Program-made: the position numbers and the translations under genes
The notes under the pieces: model-generated
Seen by the model: the letters and a program-made list of their open reading frames with translations, nothing else
Database searches by the model: none
Told to the model about the DNA's origin: nothing
In this document: positions 1-13,461 of the stretch, piece after piece
Position numbering within the stretch: the stretch's first letter is position 1
Layout: every line of letters begins with the position of its first letter
Assembly (NCBI GenBank): GCA_004431415.1
Contig: QPMI01000428.1
Location: forward strand, 248,001-312,000
Source: Cyanophora paradoxa CCMP329
Taxonomy: Eukaryota; Plantae; Glaucophyta
Reading direction: 5' to 3'
DNA: 64,000 nt

Positions 1-1103
1 CCTCACATTGTCTTCGATTCGCAGATGGTTTCTGCTCAGGACTCGGACGACGATGGTCTCTGCTGCGGCTGCTGCGCATGCGACGCACGTGCGCAGAGAT
101 TCCCGGTTCCGAATACGAACTTATCTTGTCTGTCATACTAACAGTGCTACGTGCATGCAGCTGGCGATATTAAACTGCTCCTTATTCAACTTGATCAACT
201 TGGGTTTATGCGCTTTATAACCGCGGTCGGTGTGCTCTTGGATGCTCTCTCTGTTGGTTCGCAATTGGGTTTCTCCTTTTATGAAAACCTCCATGCCAGG
301 CCCACTCCGGATCCACTGGCCATTAAGTTTTACGGGGTCTCGTGTGCGCAGTTGCTGTGTTCTCCACGCTCGGAGCTTACAAGAGCCGCCTGGGAAACGC
401 CGCTTATGTCATCCTCTTCATTCCAATCTATCCGTCGATTCTTGTGATCGTGTTCTTCATCCTCGGAGTCGTCACCTGCGGCAGCTATTGTGGGTGCGGT
501 TCTCCCGCTTTCAGATCAGATATAATATAAATAGTTCCAAATGTCCGCCTCTCGCATGCGCGCAGATGCAAACAATGCAGCAAGGATTTTCGCCAATTGC
601 TCCCCGTTACACCATTCTACAGGGCGTACATATCATTCTACAAGCTGGACAGTCACATGACAGATATGGACAAAAAGCTGAAGGCCGAAGTATGTTTCAG
701 TGACATTTTCGTGCGTTCTAGCTCTGTTCTGCGGCAATTCGGCGAAATATACTAACATAAGCCGCAGAATATTTACGTGTTCACCGCGGCCTGTTTCGTT
801 ATTAAGGTCGTCGGGCTAGCGTTCCAGGCACAGGGCGTCGCGCAGGACGCTACAGTGTGCCTTTCGCTCACTGAAGGAACCAAGTGCAGCACCGAAGACT
901 CCATTTCCACGTTAACAATCATCTCTGCCGTCGCTGATGGATTCTTTTTGATCCTGGGGATCATACGCCACTGTTTCTCGACGAGTATCAAGGAAACCCT
1001 GAAATCTAAGAAAGCTGCAATCGAAAACGATGCCGAAATCGATGAGGCGTGCTGCGCGGACTTTGGCTTTCAGGTCGCTGAGTGTGCGGGCTCCGCCATG
1101 TAG
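1..1103 (+). CDS. 3' part of a spliced multi-pass membrane protein, function unknown
   Basis: Hydrophobic exon segments (YVILFIPIYPSILVIVFFILGVVTCG; FTAACFVIKVVGLAF; LTIISAVADGFFLILGII). The last exon follows a CAG acceptor at ~767 and ends at TAG 1101-1103. The 5' end is unresolved. Confidence 0.45.
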
Positions 1104-1597
1104 AATGTTTCAGCTCAGGAAATTCCTTGCATGCAGTCTCTAGATCGGATATACAATTTTTAGCAATAGTTCACTGCAGAGCCAGTTGTGTTCAAGGTCG
1201 GCGGACTTGTTCTCCGCTAGCCTTTAGCGCTAGCGCTAGCCGTGCGATTGTTCATCTTGTCAGTGTTCATCTTGTGATTGTCAAGGGCGGAGCGGTGGCG
1301 CTCCTTGCAATGCTACTCGTTATACTCTTCGTCGTTGTTTGTCTTGTTCGAATAGATTCTACCACACGATCGCGAACAGCGAGTGCATCCAGGATCCGGA
1401 TTCACGCGTACGTGCACGGGCGCAGCGGCAAGTTGCAATTGGCAGCGTGCACGTCAACAGCATGCAAGTAGATATATATAGGGGCAGGGAACCTTGATTT
1501 GAACGTCAAGAACCATGATAATTATAACGCGTGAGATCGCTCGCGAATGCGGAGAAGAGCGATTAGCTATGAAATTGCAATTCCAGTGCCGCTAGTA

Positions 1598-4500
1598 CTA
1601 GCGCTGTACATGTTTGTCGGCGAACACGATGCCTGGCGGGCGATACGGGGCGGGCTTTCTTGGCGACGTTGCCAGCGGTGCGCCATCGGAGCTCGGGATC
1701 GCGACCGGGGGCGTCGACGTTGACGCAGCTGAAGGCGGCGGTTCGGAGCTCGCGATCGGGGACGCTTGCGCAGTTGCAGGCGGTGGCGCGTGCGGCGGCT
1801 GCGGGAAGGATTAGATTAGATTATAAAAGGAAGGCTCTGCGTATATATGATTACTAGTACTAGTACTAGTACTGCAGTCGGGCCATCGATATCGCAGACA
1901 CGGACCACCGCAGTCGGTGGCAGCGTCGACGTCGCAGGCGGCCGCAACGACGACGACAACGACGTCGACGGCGCGCCGACGGCACCTCCTTCGAATTTAA
2001 GCGGCGACGTGGAGGGCGCTGGTACCGGTGCAAAAGACTGCGCGTTCTGCAAATGCAAAGGAATGAGCGATTCGAATTTCGAATACAATTCAAATAAATT
2101 ATTGAAGAAAATTAAACGAAAATGGGTCGGACCGCGGTCATGTGACCTTCCATTGTACGATACGGGCCCGTATTTGCAACGGGCTGCAGATGCGATGTCG
2201 CGAATACGTATTGAGCTGTGGCCGGCGTGGTTGGAGACCATGTGAATGGCCAGCCCATCACAGCCTGGCCATGGGGAAAATATTGCAACTGGCTGAAAGG
2301 ATACTGATACTGCAGCTGAGGCGGCGAGAAAATGCCATGGCCGTGCGGGGGTGCTCCGTGGAACTGAGAGTGCGAGATTGGTTGGTCGACTCGTGCTCCT
2401 TGCAATTGCACGTGCGTCCTTGCGTGCACTTGCTGATTGCCGCTGAGCTCTGCTTGCGATATCGATTGAGGCCGGTATTCGTGAGCTTCAGCTCGTAGGC
2501 GGCTGCGGGCGACATCGACGGAGATGGGCGCCGGTGGCGTCGCTGTTGGCGATACTTCCAGGGCATGACATGATTGAGCGAGTCGCTCACTCGAAACGGA
2601 TGGTGCATCGCGGCCACCGCTGCTTCTGCTTCGAATTCATTTGCGTTTACGCTTCGCTTAATTACAAGGTTAATCCAACTCAGAAATCAAAAGCGCACGT
2701 TGCGATTCGGATGTCATGATAAGCTCCTCGATTGCCGAAGCTCGAGCTGGATTCCAATCCATCGATATCGATATTGATATAGCTGGCTTCAGTGCTCGCG
2801 GGCGCCTTGGGAAAAAGCGAGCTTCGTTCCTCAGTCACGGCAAGCTCCTCTGCAACCCTGCAAGTGCAGATTGAACCTCTTTATGTGCAGCAAGGCGAAA
2901 CTATTTGCCGGAACACACCTGCTAAGCCTCTCGATTTTTCGGCGGTGTCCCTCTCCGCGATAGTGCTGAGAAAAGATTCGTATTCCGATGATATCGATGG
3001 AGAATCGGGTTCAAAAGTTAACGAACTCGCCTGCTCAGACTGAGAGGGGCTGTTGAATGTTTTCCCACAAGGCTCACACCGCCACGTCTCCGCCGGCGCC
3101 ACCGCACCCGACCCCTCGCGATCGCCATCAGGACGAGTCGCAGTGCCGGCACGACTCGGGCGGGCTTCGACTCGCGAGTGATGCATATGGTTGCGCTGCT
3201 CTGCAGAATGCACGGCGGGCTCGACGCCTTCGCGCTCCTTAGCCCCAGCGTGCTGCGGCTCAGCCTGGTCGGAATGTTAACTTCTGCGTGGGCAGATCTC
3301 TAGATTTGAATTCGGAATGATCGCTGCTGCGTACCACTGTATTTATATTCGCCGAAAAAGCAGCTGTAGCTTCAGGAGCGGCAGAAGGTCGACGCGCGTG
3401 TTGCGGAGGTCGCTGCAACGATTGCGATTTTGAAGTTTGGCCGCGCATCTCACCGTCGACGCCGGCGTCGACGACCGTTTGCGACAGGTCTCTCGAGCTC
3501 CGATGAACCTGAAACGATCGGATCTCGCCGCCGCAGCCGCGCAGTGGGCACTCCGCGCCGACGACGCTTCTGCTTAGCCGCCGCTTCAGGCGATTCCTGC
3601 AGCAGAGGACAGTTCAATGTGAACAAAGCATGTACATGAACAGTGGCCCAGCCAGAGATTGAAAGCTTGAATCCGAAATAGGCACCAGCATGTCTTGTGG
3701 AGCGTTGCCTGCCCGCAAGCACGAGAGCACGCGACCTGCACGAAGCTGCGGCGACGTCGGTCATGATCAATTGCCATAATACAATCAAAAGCTGCAGACG
3801 ATCCGATCCTGATGCATGTATTTTAATTATAATAAAACGCACTCTTCATGGCGGGAGATCCGATTCGCCTCGCGATCGCATGACGGATCGCAGCACGAGA
3901 TCGAGGTTGCCGCAGAATCTGAAGTGTCGGAGGCGGCAGCGCCAGCTGCAGTTGCAGGCGACGCATCAACATCAACAGCTGCATCTCTCTCGAGCTTTCT
4001 GTCATTCAAGCCCAAGGGGAGCGAACTGGAGCTGAAGTCCGGTGCTGCGACATCGCCAGCGCCAGCTGCAGATGGCGCAACCAGCTCGCTTCTCTCGCAT
4101 GCTTCGTTGTTGCCGGTGTCCGTCGCCTCGAGCTCGGTCGCCGTATGCTCCTCCTCATTCACTTCGAGCTCGGAAGCGCGCGCGCCCAAAGCGTCTTCCG
4201 GGGGCGGCCCCAGCGACTCGCGATTGGCGTTCCGCCCTATCAGGGCCTCGACTCTCTCCCGTCGGCTTCGCGCCCTGCATAAATACGTGTATTAGGGTGT
4301 GAAATCGTCCGCAAGGGTCCAATATGGGCGGCCCAGGCCCCGCAGTGCTGGTGTCTAGAGACTGTGGCCGGGGTAATTCACCAGAAAACATAAAAGATGT
4401 TAGCCATAGCGTCCGCAGTCTAGGAAATAGCATCCGTAATATAATATATATGTATCAACAACCGTCCGCAATCTATAAATTTAATCGATGATCATCACGC

Positions 4501-7500
4501 ACTCGTTCACGAGAGCTTCGAGCTCGGACCGGCAAGCGCCCGTCGCGATCGCCGTTGTACATGGCTGAGTCGGCTCGGCGGCCTCGGCCCCCGCCTCGTG
4601 ATCATGACCACCACCTGTACATATTCTCCCGGCCTCGAGCGCCTTGACATTGTTTGCATCCAGGCGGTTCTTTGCATCCAGGCGGTTCTCGGCAGCCCGC
4701 TCGACCGCCCCACACAAGTCGACGCACTCCTGCAGCCGCCCCGACCCGTGGAGGCACTCTGCATCGCGAGCGCACCCGCCGCGGCGAAGTCAGCATCAAA
4801 GAGAGTGCGCGAGTGCAGGTCACAGAACTCTAGGAAGATGCCACTAATGATCAGCAGACACTCTGAAGCGCGCGCCCACCCGCCGCGGCAAAGTCAGCAT
4901 TTAAAACTCTAGTCGCAAAACTCTAGGAAGATGCAACTCATGAGAATGATATAGATCGCTTACTTGCAACCTCGAGCAAGGCCTTGAGGTCTTCTGGATT
5001 ACGCTGAACAAATTAAATATGTAAGACGTTGATGGACACCCGCCATATATAAGAACACTATAGCTATCAATTGCGACAAGCGCACCGTGGCAATGGAATT
5101 CCACAGTTTCAGGGCCTTTGACCACTTGCTCGCCCGCATCAATCGCGTGGCAGCTGCCTGCGCGCACGCGCGCGTATGGCCCCGCGCCGGGCCCGAGTCG
5201 AATAAACAAAAACAAATTTAATTTAAGAGGCACCCGCTGCCGCAAAGCCTACTGCGCACCCTCTCGAGCTCTTCAGTTTTATCGACGTGGTGCTGACTGA
5301 TCGTGACTGCATCCTTTTTCGTCTCTTGTTGCGGTTTCGCCCTGTGTTGAATATTAGTATATACAATTTCATTTCGTTTCGAGACGGAGAGGATTCCACA
5401 AAAAGCGAACTTTGCTTGCAGACGGTACGGGTCCGCTTGCAGCCCGTCGACCTCTGGATCGAGCAGCGGAGCGGACGTGTCAGCAAGGAACGCCCGTCCT
5501 TCGGCATCGACGACGGGAAACGCTGTTTCATCCGATCGCATTAGAATTCGAGATCAATTGTATATAGGACGAGGAAGCATGAAAAGCGGTGCGTACATGG
5601 CAGGTCGCGCGCTGCAAGCGTGCAGGGGACGAGCCAGAGGGAGCGACGGCACTCCAGCGGATTCGATCCTTCCACAACACACGTACGCGTAGTGTCCCTG
5701 TGCATTTCATATATATCGCATGATACGTGCGCATGCACGTGCGGGTTATGTAGACAATGTTTAATGGGCGCGCGAGCCGTGGCCGGCGCCGTCGGTTTTG
5801 TTAATTTTGAAAGCTATATCATATCATGCAGGTTAGATTAAATCTCAACGAGTGCGTACACTGCGATGAAGTCCAGTTCTCTCGGCAGTCCAGTCTCTTT
5901 CAGGATATCGTACGAATCTGCGGTTATGCATGCAGTTGTGATCGCGAGACGGATCCCGGACTTATGTTGAATTCAATTATAGAATTTAACCACTGACCAG
6001 CAACTGCAGGTTTCTCTTCTCTGGACGCCAGCGCAATGTCAATTTGTTCACGAGATATCTCATTGCCGAACGTTCTGTTAATCGCAGCCTCCATGCACGG
6101 CCAAACACAGACTGCGCATGCGCAACGTTAGCGGCAAGCGATCTAGATATCAAGCTTGTCTTTATTATTAATGCAAACGCCGGGTTTCAAGTTTGTGCAT
6201 ATTCAAGTTTAAAATTTGTGGATATATATTTCAAATCATGAGAGGTGCAGCTGGAGCTGATCGAAACATGCGTACCGAAGCCTTCATACGTCGAAGCGCT
6301 GATACCCATATCGCAAGCATCGACGACCTCCGATGCCGGCGGTGGAGTTACAAGGCATCCGAGTATGAGGGCGAGGACGAGGGCGCGCCCCGGGCGCTCC
6401 GAGGTCGAGCTCCGCGAGAGAAGCTGCCGCAGGCAGGCACCGAAAACGACGGGAGTCCGCTCCATCGCCTGAAGCAGGGCCTCCACGCGCGGGAACACTG
6501 CGCTTAGCGGCCTGCACGCTTGAACGACTCTCGCTTGGGCTTGAATCTCGAGGGGCGAAATTTCCCTCGCTCCGGCCTCGTCATTGGATCCATGGCCAGG
6601 GCTCGATCTGACGGCAGCCACGAACTCTTCAAGCGCGCCAGCAATCTCTGTGCGCAATTCTTTTGTACATACGCAAGGGAATATTGCAAGCAAAGTTCAA
6701 ACAACGCACTCGGCTCGACGGCTGTACTCGTTTGCGTTCAACAATAAGAATTATATCAGAGCGTTCGAGGCAAGCACAGCGTTTATAGAATTATATATAA
6801 ACATGCACACTGACCTCGCAAAGCATCGACTTGCTTTTTGCCTGCGTTTGCATCGCGCGTATTACGGAAGGAAAGCTGATGCACGTACAGAAGCCGGTCG
6901 TATTCGTCATATCTGATTAAATCGTGTCTCAGAGAGTTCACTAGTACTCGCACCTTTCGAACGCGTAGCCTTGATACAGGGATCTCGCAGCACCTCAAGT
7001 CCTATTTAATCCTGTCAGCTAGGAAACTCGGAAAAGCTGCGAATATACTCGATCTAAAAGATCGGACAGCGCTAGTTGACGGAAATTGGAAGTTTAATCG
7101 ATGCTGGTACCGGAGAATTGTGCTGCGATTGCCATCCCCCTGCAGTACGGACAGATGGGAGCGCGATCGCTGGAAAGGGCGTCGGATATGCGCTTCTCGA
7201 TGATACTTCGCGCCTCCCACAGAGTCGCACACGAAGTCTGCAGAAACAGCTCGTTACGATAAATTTCACGTCTAGATCTATAGCGTGGAAGTCAGCATAC
7301 CGCTCCAATCTCGATCCTTCTCGTGCTGGATGACGACGCGCGCCCGTGCACCGCCGATGACGTTTCCATGTCTTCGAGCCGCTCGAGCTCTGCCTTCCAG
7401 TTCGCAGCGGCGATGGCGCCTCCCCCAATCGGAGGCGAAGGCCGACACAGGCCGCCATCGTAGAGCGCAGGTAAAAGGTCCTCGCGATTGCAATTGTGAC

Positions 7501-9320
7501 GCAGAACTAATGAATTACGATCGCGATGGCAGTGTCAGTTGCTAACGTTATGAACAAGAATGATATATACGAGGGGAGGAATATTAGGACGGACGTGGAT
7601 AGTACAGCTCGGGGGGATCTGCAGCGTTGTCGGCCCTGGCGAAGGCGAACGACAGGCCTTGGGGGCTGTACATGTCGGGGTGCCCGGAGCGGCTGGGAAC
7701 GACGCGCAGGACGACGTCGAGGGCCTCGGGGCGGATAAAGAGGGCCCGGGCGACCAGTTCGTGCACTGCCCGGCTCTCCTTCAGTACGCGGCCGCGGGAT
7801 CCGGAGAAGCGGTGGGCGTCTCTTGGCACGAGCTTCTTGTACAGCGCCTGAACGTGTTCCCTCAATGGGATTTGTGGCTCTGGTCGTGACAAGAATTGAG
7901 AATACGTCAATGTGAGAGTTGCAATGTGTGAGAGCCCAATAGCAAATTATATGCAGCCCAAAATTTAGTTTTATATATGTATTCAAATCTATGCGCAGCC
8001 CATGCGTTTTCCGCGCGCACCGGTGCCGCCTTGCCCGACGACGCTCGCCAACTGGGCGAGCAGAAAGTGCTCAAGCCACTCGTGGATTGCGGTCTCTCCC
8101 GCTCCCGATTCGCGGGCTGAGCAGCCCCGCTGGATGCGCCGAGCGAGAGACGCCGCAGCGGCCGGCGCGTCCTCGAAAACTTGTAATCGTGCAAAACTGG
8201 CTTCGAGTTCATCGAAGGCCTCGGCCTCTTTCTTTCGACCCCGTCTGAAAGAGTCCAGAAAAATGCAGGCCCACCCAAGGGCATCTGTGCGCGCGTTTCT
8301 AAAATAAGCGGCGGCAGCGATCGCGAGCGTAATCAAATGCTTAAAACTGATCATGATCATGATCATGATCTTAAATCACTCGCACGATTTAGCATCACTG
8401 AGCAGAAGTCGTTTACGAGAGGTAAAGAAGTGCGAGGATAGGCCGCATGCGCAAGCTGCGGTCAGCAAAACAAAATTGAATCGTTGCCCAGCATATACGC
8501 AAACCTTGATGGTTGCTCGTTGTGGCGAAATCTGGGTAAACCGCGTAGTTAAGCTCGGCCCCGGAGCGAATGCATACGCAGAACGATCACGCAGTAAATT
8601 AATCGATCATTGCTTAGCGATATCGATGGAATTATAGATATGCGCATGCGCATGCGCACACGTTCCAAACGAAACGCAGTCTTGAAACCGAATTCGAATT
8701 CGCGAAGTAAACCGAAGAGAAGATAAGCATGGCTTGCATCAAATAGCGAACACCAGGCGCGTACTCATTTCGAGGTTCCGCAGCGCCATCGATTTCCTCG
8801 AGCTCGTCCGCGAAGCCTTTTCATATTGTTCATCTGGCTTATCATGAGCTTTGTACTGGATCGTGCGCTCCGATGACCCTTCTTGAAATTGTTTGTCCGT
8901 CGCCATATGCATTGGCATTCCACGAGCGTCGGGCATGCGCAGCTCCTCGCGATTAGGTTCTTCCCGCCGCTCGGCGTCCAGTGCAGCCGCGCTCATACAC
9001 GTCTTCTCGTCCTTTTCGCGCTCAGAAGCTACTACGGTGCCTGCCGGCGCGCGAAATCGAATTTGCGCGAAACTCGTCGACATCACGGCGCGCACAGGTA
9101 TCAGCGTCGGGCTCGGATCCTTGTGCTTCATGATCATGCGACTGCAAAGCGGCCGCGGGGAGCATCTGCCCGCTCGGGAGTGCTCGAGGTTCTCGCCCCG
9201 CGTCCGCGTCCGCTGCGCGCAGCACCAATATTAATTTCGACTTCGAATTCACGCCATGCAAGCTCGATCGCAGTCACATAACGCACCTTCTTCGGCGCCG
9301 GCGACGTCGACGGCTTCCAT
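1598..9320 (-). CDS. Large multi-exon protein with a TTC3/DZIP3-like Cys/His domain, a U1/matrin-type C2H2 zinc finger and a Pro-rich tail
   Basis: Probable start MEAVDVAGAEE|gt at 9320. Spliced CCDPSC...FVQVACSRACGQATLHKTCW|NRLKRR...AECPLRGCGGEI at ~3500-3900. WRCEPCGKTFNSPSQSEQ|HYRGEGHRRK is joined across a GC-AG intron at 2966-3030. Ends ...FADKHVQR* at 1598. May be two genes. Confidence 0.55.
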
Positions 9321-10007
9321 GCTCTCGCTATTGTTGTAAGGTGCTCTCGTTGCTGGATGAATTCGAAGGGAGAACTTCGGAAACTATTGAAAAGCTAGAT
9401 CGTTCGAGGGGGTTCGAGAATTCGAATCTGAGAGGACAATAGAGGGAGCTCGAGAGGAAAATGGAGGGAGGGAGCTCGAGCTCGAGAGGACCGTCGGACT
9501 GCACTCGTAAATTAATATTCGCGATTTGAATTCGAAACTGCAACTACACCTGCAGGATGATCATGAGTCCTCAGACAGGCTCTTGAGGCCTGGCCCAGTG
9601 GGTCATTAAACTTCGGAAACAGACTCTAGATCTCAGGCTATTGATTACAGAACAGACCGCGCCGTTGAACAGAGGGTCTGGGCCCCGCGAAAGGCGCGCT
9701 ATAAAACATCCATCCAAACATCCGGCTACAGCCGGAAACCATGTCTAGATCTCCCCATGGCCAGCCAGATGACCCTCCTGTATTGCCCCCAGTCTGGCGA
9801 CCCTCCCATATTGAGCGACCCCAGCGACTTCACGGTTGTTCGGTCGGAACGGCGCGTCACGTCAATTGATACGTATACTACGATATCTGGATCGATGCGA
9901 CGTCCATCTTTAATTGCGACCGTCGGACGTCCCTACCTTACTAAAGTTAGTAGTACATCGAGCACATCGGCCCTATCATAGTATAGCACATCAGCCCTAT
10001 AGCTAGC

Positions 10008-12890
10008 CTAGTACCAGTACTGGCGGCGGTGCTGCCTCGCCGCGCGCTCAACGGCGGCCTTCGCCTCCTCGAACAGGCGCGGGTCGGCGCCCCCGTTGCG
10101 AAGGTCGAAGCTGACCGCCACCTCCCGTGAGAGGCCCTCCGCGAGCCGCAGCTGCCGCGGCCGGACATGTTATAATCAATATATACGAATTCCGAGCGGA
10201 GCTCGAGCGGAATATATTACTTATGCAGGCCTAGGTTCGGCTCCAGCCGCTAGCTGCAGAGGCTGAGCGGCAGCAGATGGGGCCGAGCACCTCGTGGGGC
10301 GGGGCGGGAGAGGAGGCGGAGAGCACGGATTCGACGTGGAGGAGCCGGAGGGCGGGGAGCGCCGGGATCGCGCTCGCCTCGGCCTCCGCCAGCGGCCGGT
10401 CGAGCTCGAGGTCGAGGTGGACGAGGGCGCGGCGCGCGCCGGGGCACCCCAGGAGCGCCGCGACCGCCTCGAGGTCCGGTCGCGAGCGGGGGTCGCGCCG
10501 AGGGGCGCGGGCGCGGCCTGCGATCGCGACACCATCGATACCGACATGCGAAGACCGTACGCGTGGGCCGCGGGCAGTACGTATACTCTTAATTACTTAT
10601 CATGGCCCGAATCGCAATAGAAAGCTTCGCAAGCGCACGCTCAAGTTTCATCGTGATCTTCTCCAGTCGGGGGAGGCTCGAGATTGCCTCCGCGAGCTGC
10701 CGGACGGCTCCAGGGATCCAGGGGGGGTCGACGGACACTTCGAGGTCCGTCACGGCCCGCCGAATGGCGGCGTGTTTGTGGAGGACCACTGCGCCGAAAC
10801 CTGCGCACGCACATTCAATTCCCGTTGAGCGCGGCCTACTCATGATCAAAAAAAATAATATAATCGACTCCTGGAATCGGCTCCAGCTGCAGTCCATTAA
10901 TATTAACTGGTGCGCACGCACCCGTCCAGTCTAGCCTGAGCTTCTCCAGGCGGGGAAGTCTGGACAGCGCGTCGTTCAGGGCGCGCAAGAGGGCCGTAAT
11001 GCGGCCGGGGTTCGTGTTCGTGCCGTCGTGGACGAGCAAGACCGCCTCCCGCAGGCTTGAGATGCGGGCGAGGGCAGCCAAGTAGCTCACTGGATCCACG
11101 TGAGGCGCGAGCTGCGCACGTGCATGCATTCAAAAAATCACGATACGTAAATATTAATATGACCGCGCACGCGTACTACGTTTCGCCTCTCCTACTGTTC
11201 TACCGCCTTTGCCTCCTGCGACTACGTCTTCTAGTTCTGCTGTTAGCTCTGTCTTGTCGTCTTCGTCTAGATCTTCGTCTTCGACTGTAGTTCCTCGTGC
11301 TCGTTCTCCTTATTTGCTGCGTCCCCGTGCTCCTCGTCGTTCTAGTGTGACTAGTACTTCTGCATCGACGCCCTTGAGCTCTTCTACTCCTTCTCCTCGT
11401 GCTCGTTCTCCTTATCTTTTGCGTTCTTCTGATCGTGTCCCTTCTCGTGATCCCTCTTGATTCTGTATATATTTTGTGCTAGTTTACTGTATCTTTGATT
11501 TGTGATTGCTTTGTTGTCTTTAATATCACTACCTACGGGGGGTTCGCCCCACCGTAGTCTCTCAAAAAAAAAAGTACACATGCGCACCCAAAGAGTTTCG
11601 ATGGATTCGATGTTCGGCATGCGGCTGAGCGCAAGCAGCGCACTTTCTACGAGCGCGAAGGCTGGAATTGGATGCTCGGATCGTTCTGGAAACTTCCCCG
11701 CACTGCATCCACATTAAACCGCGAAATGATCGGCAATTTAAAGTGCAACTTCGGGATCTAACTAAAATATAAAAAGCCGATTATTGAAGGCGAATTAAAT
11801 TCAGGATCTATGCAGAATCCAGGAGCAAAAGACTCTGAACTTTAAAAGGAGGTCCACGCACACGAAAAGCCTGCTTTCCCTGTAGAAGGCAATTTTCCGA
11901 AGGCTCTTGCCGGCAGCTCCGTCGGCGATCGCCTCCAGACCAGCGGTCGCCGGCACTTGCGTGCTGTTCATCGGCCACGTCACGACCAGCTGCTGGAGGT
12001 GCGCGAGCGGCGCGAAGGAGGCGATCACGGCGTCCGACGTTCGCTGCTGGTGAAATGGGGGTGGATGCAGATGGACTGCAGGAGAGGGCAGGCCGCGGCG
12101 ATGGCCGCCGCATCCTCCGGAAGCACGCCCACGTCCAAATTGTCGAAGAAAAGGGCGAGAGACTTCAGGGAGCCGAATGGGGCCAGTGCGGCCCGCAGCT
12201 CGGCGGCCGGCGGCCACGGCATCCCATGGAGCGGAACACGTTCGGCCCGGAGATCTTGCGGGTCCCTTGGATAGCAAATCGCGATGTTGAGGCTTCGCAG
12301 ACCAGTAACAGTCCCCTCTGGCGGCTGCAAGGCCCGCAGCGCTCCGAGAAAATACTGCTGCAGCGTTCGCAGGTCCTCGCTGTTGACATCGATGTCCTCG
12401 GAGATATACCTGCGCGCTTCGAGGCCGTAGAGCTTGACAGTAGCCTTTCGCGGCCCTTCCGGTTTGCTGAAGCTATAGCTGGCGCTGCGCACGACGGTGG
12501 CGACGGCTCTGCACAGGGCTGCCACGGTCTGCTGCGGATGCTGTCCTTCGGGGACTTCGAATTCGGCGTGGAGGCAGATGCTCCCGCCCTCGGCAAGCCG
12601 CAATTTCTTCTTTTCGAAGAGCGCCTCCAGTCCCTTCGGCTTCGGCTGGACGAGGAAATCCACGCTATCCACGAATTCGAATGCGCCTTCAATAATGTTT
12701 CGCCAGCGTCTGCGCGCGCAGCGATTAATTATATAATACTTTATCGAAATAACGCATGCCACGGTAATCAGAAAGGAAGTATACGGACCTGCACACTCCC
12801 CGCAGGGGCCAGCTCTCCTTCATGTCAAACCAGCCCGCCAGCAAATTGCTCATGATCGCGTCGGGGACTTCGTCGAACGCGCCTGCGCAT
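10008..12890 (-). pseudogene. F-box/LRR-like protein, probably frameshifted; 5' end uncertain
   Basis: F-box FDEVPDAIMSNLL...WPLRGVCR|RWR. LRR-like repeats: LAPFGSLKSLAL, IAAACPLLQSI, LSRMPNIESI, LSRLPRLEKLRL, ISSLPRLEKI. C-terminus ...AARQHRRQYWY* at 10008. The frame changes at ~12045-12060 with no evident intron. Confidence 0.7.
11177..11573 (+). mobile_element. 5'-truncated non-LTR retrotransposon (LINE-like) 3' end, inserted antisense in an F-box intron
   Basis: Ser/Arg-rich ORF end (stop 11458-11460), then a T-rich 3' UTR, a hairpin CTACGG-GGGG-TTCG-CCCC-A-CCGTAG (11533-11557) and an A10 tail (11564-11573). Possible GTAC target duplication. It makes this intron much longer than its neighbours. 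Confidence 0.6.
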
Positions 12891-13461
12891 GCCGCGCGCG
12901 CATGCGTGATTAATCGCCGCGGGGTCGGAATGCGAACGAGCATGCCCCGCGCGCGGGTCGGTGGTCGGAATGCGAACGCGCAATGAATCATATATATATA
13001 ACCACGTGCACACATGTACACGCGGCCGCGGGGCCGGGAATGCATCTGCTTTGCACGCTTACGTACGCACCTAGGCCTGACATTGCAAATGATGAACCGC
13101 AGTGAATCTGCCTTGCGCGCCTTACTCTTTTTTCGGAACCTCGGATCCGGAGATTCCTTTAATTTAATTCCTCCACTAGAACTACTCGATATCAGCCTTC
13201 CCCTACTAGGCTATTTCAAATTGATTTCTCCTCTGGCTCTTCTCCCCCTATGGAGATTCTCCTTCAAAGGCTCTGCAGTTGGCGCTGGCCATGGCGAGGC
13301 ACGAGCCGTGTATGCATGCAGACCGGTCGTCTTGCAATTGCAAGTTAGCCTTGCAAATTTTGCATCGCCCTAAAATCGCCCTGACTAAGGGGTAAAGCCT
13401 CATCTCTGAATAACTGAGGAGAGGGAGCAGAAGACGGAAGGCGCGGAAGACGGAAGGCGCA

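Noticed and set aside
9600-9960. Intergenic segment with short ORF remnants
   Set aside because: No recognisable domain, termini or splice structure.
11205-11460. Protamine-like Arg-rich minus-strand reading frame
   Set aside because: It has no ATG and is the antisense of the Ser-rich LINE ORF end.
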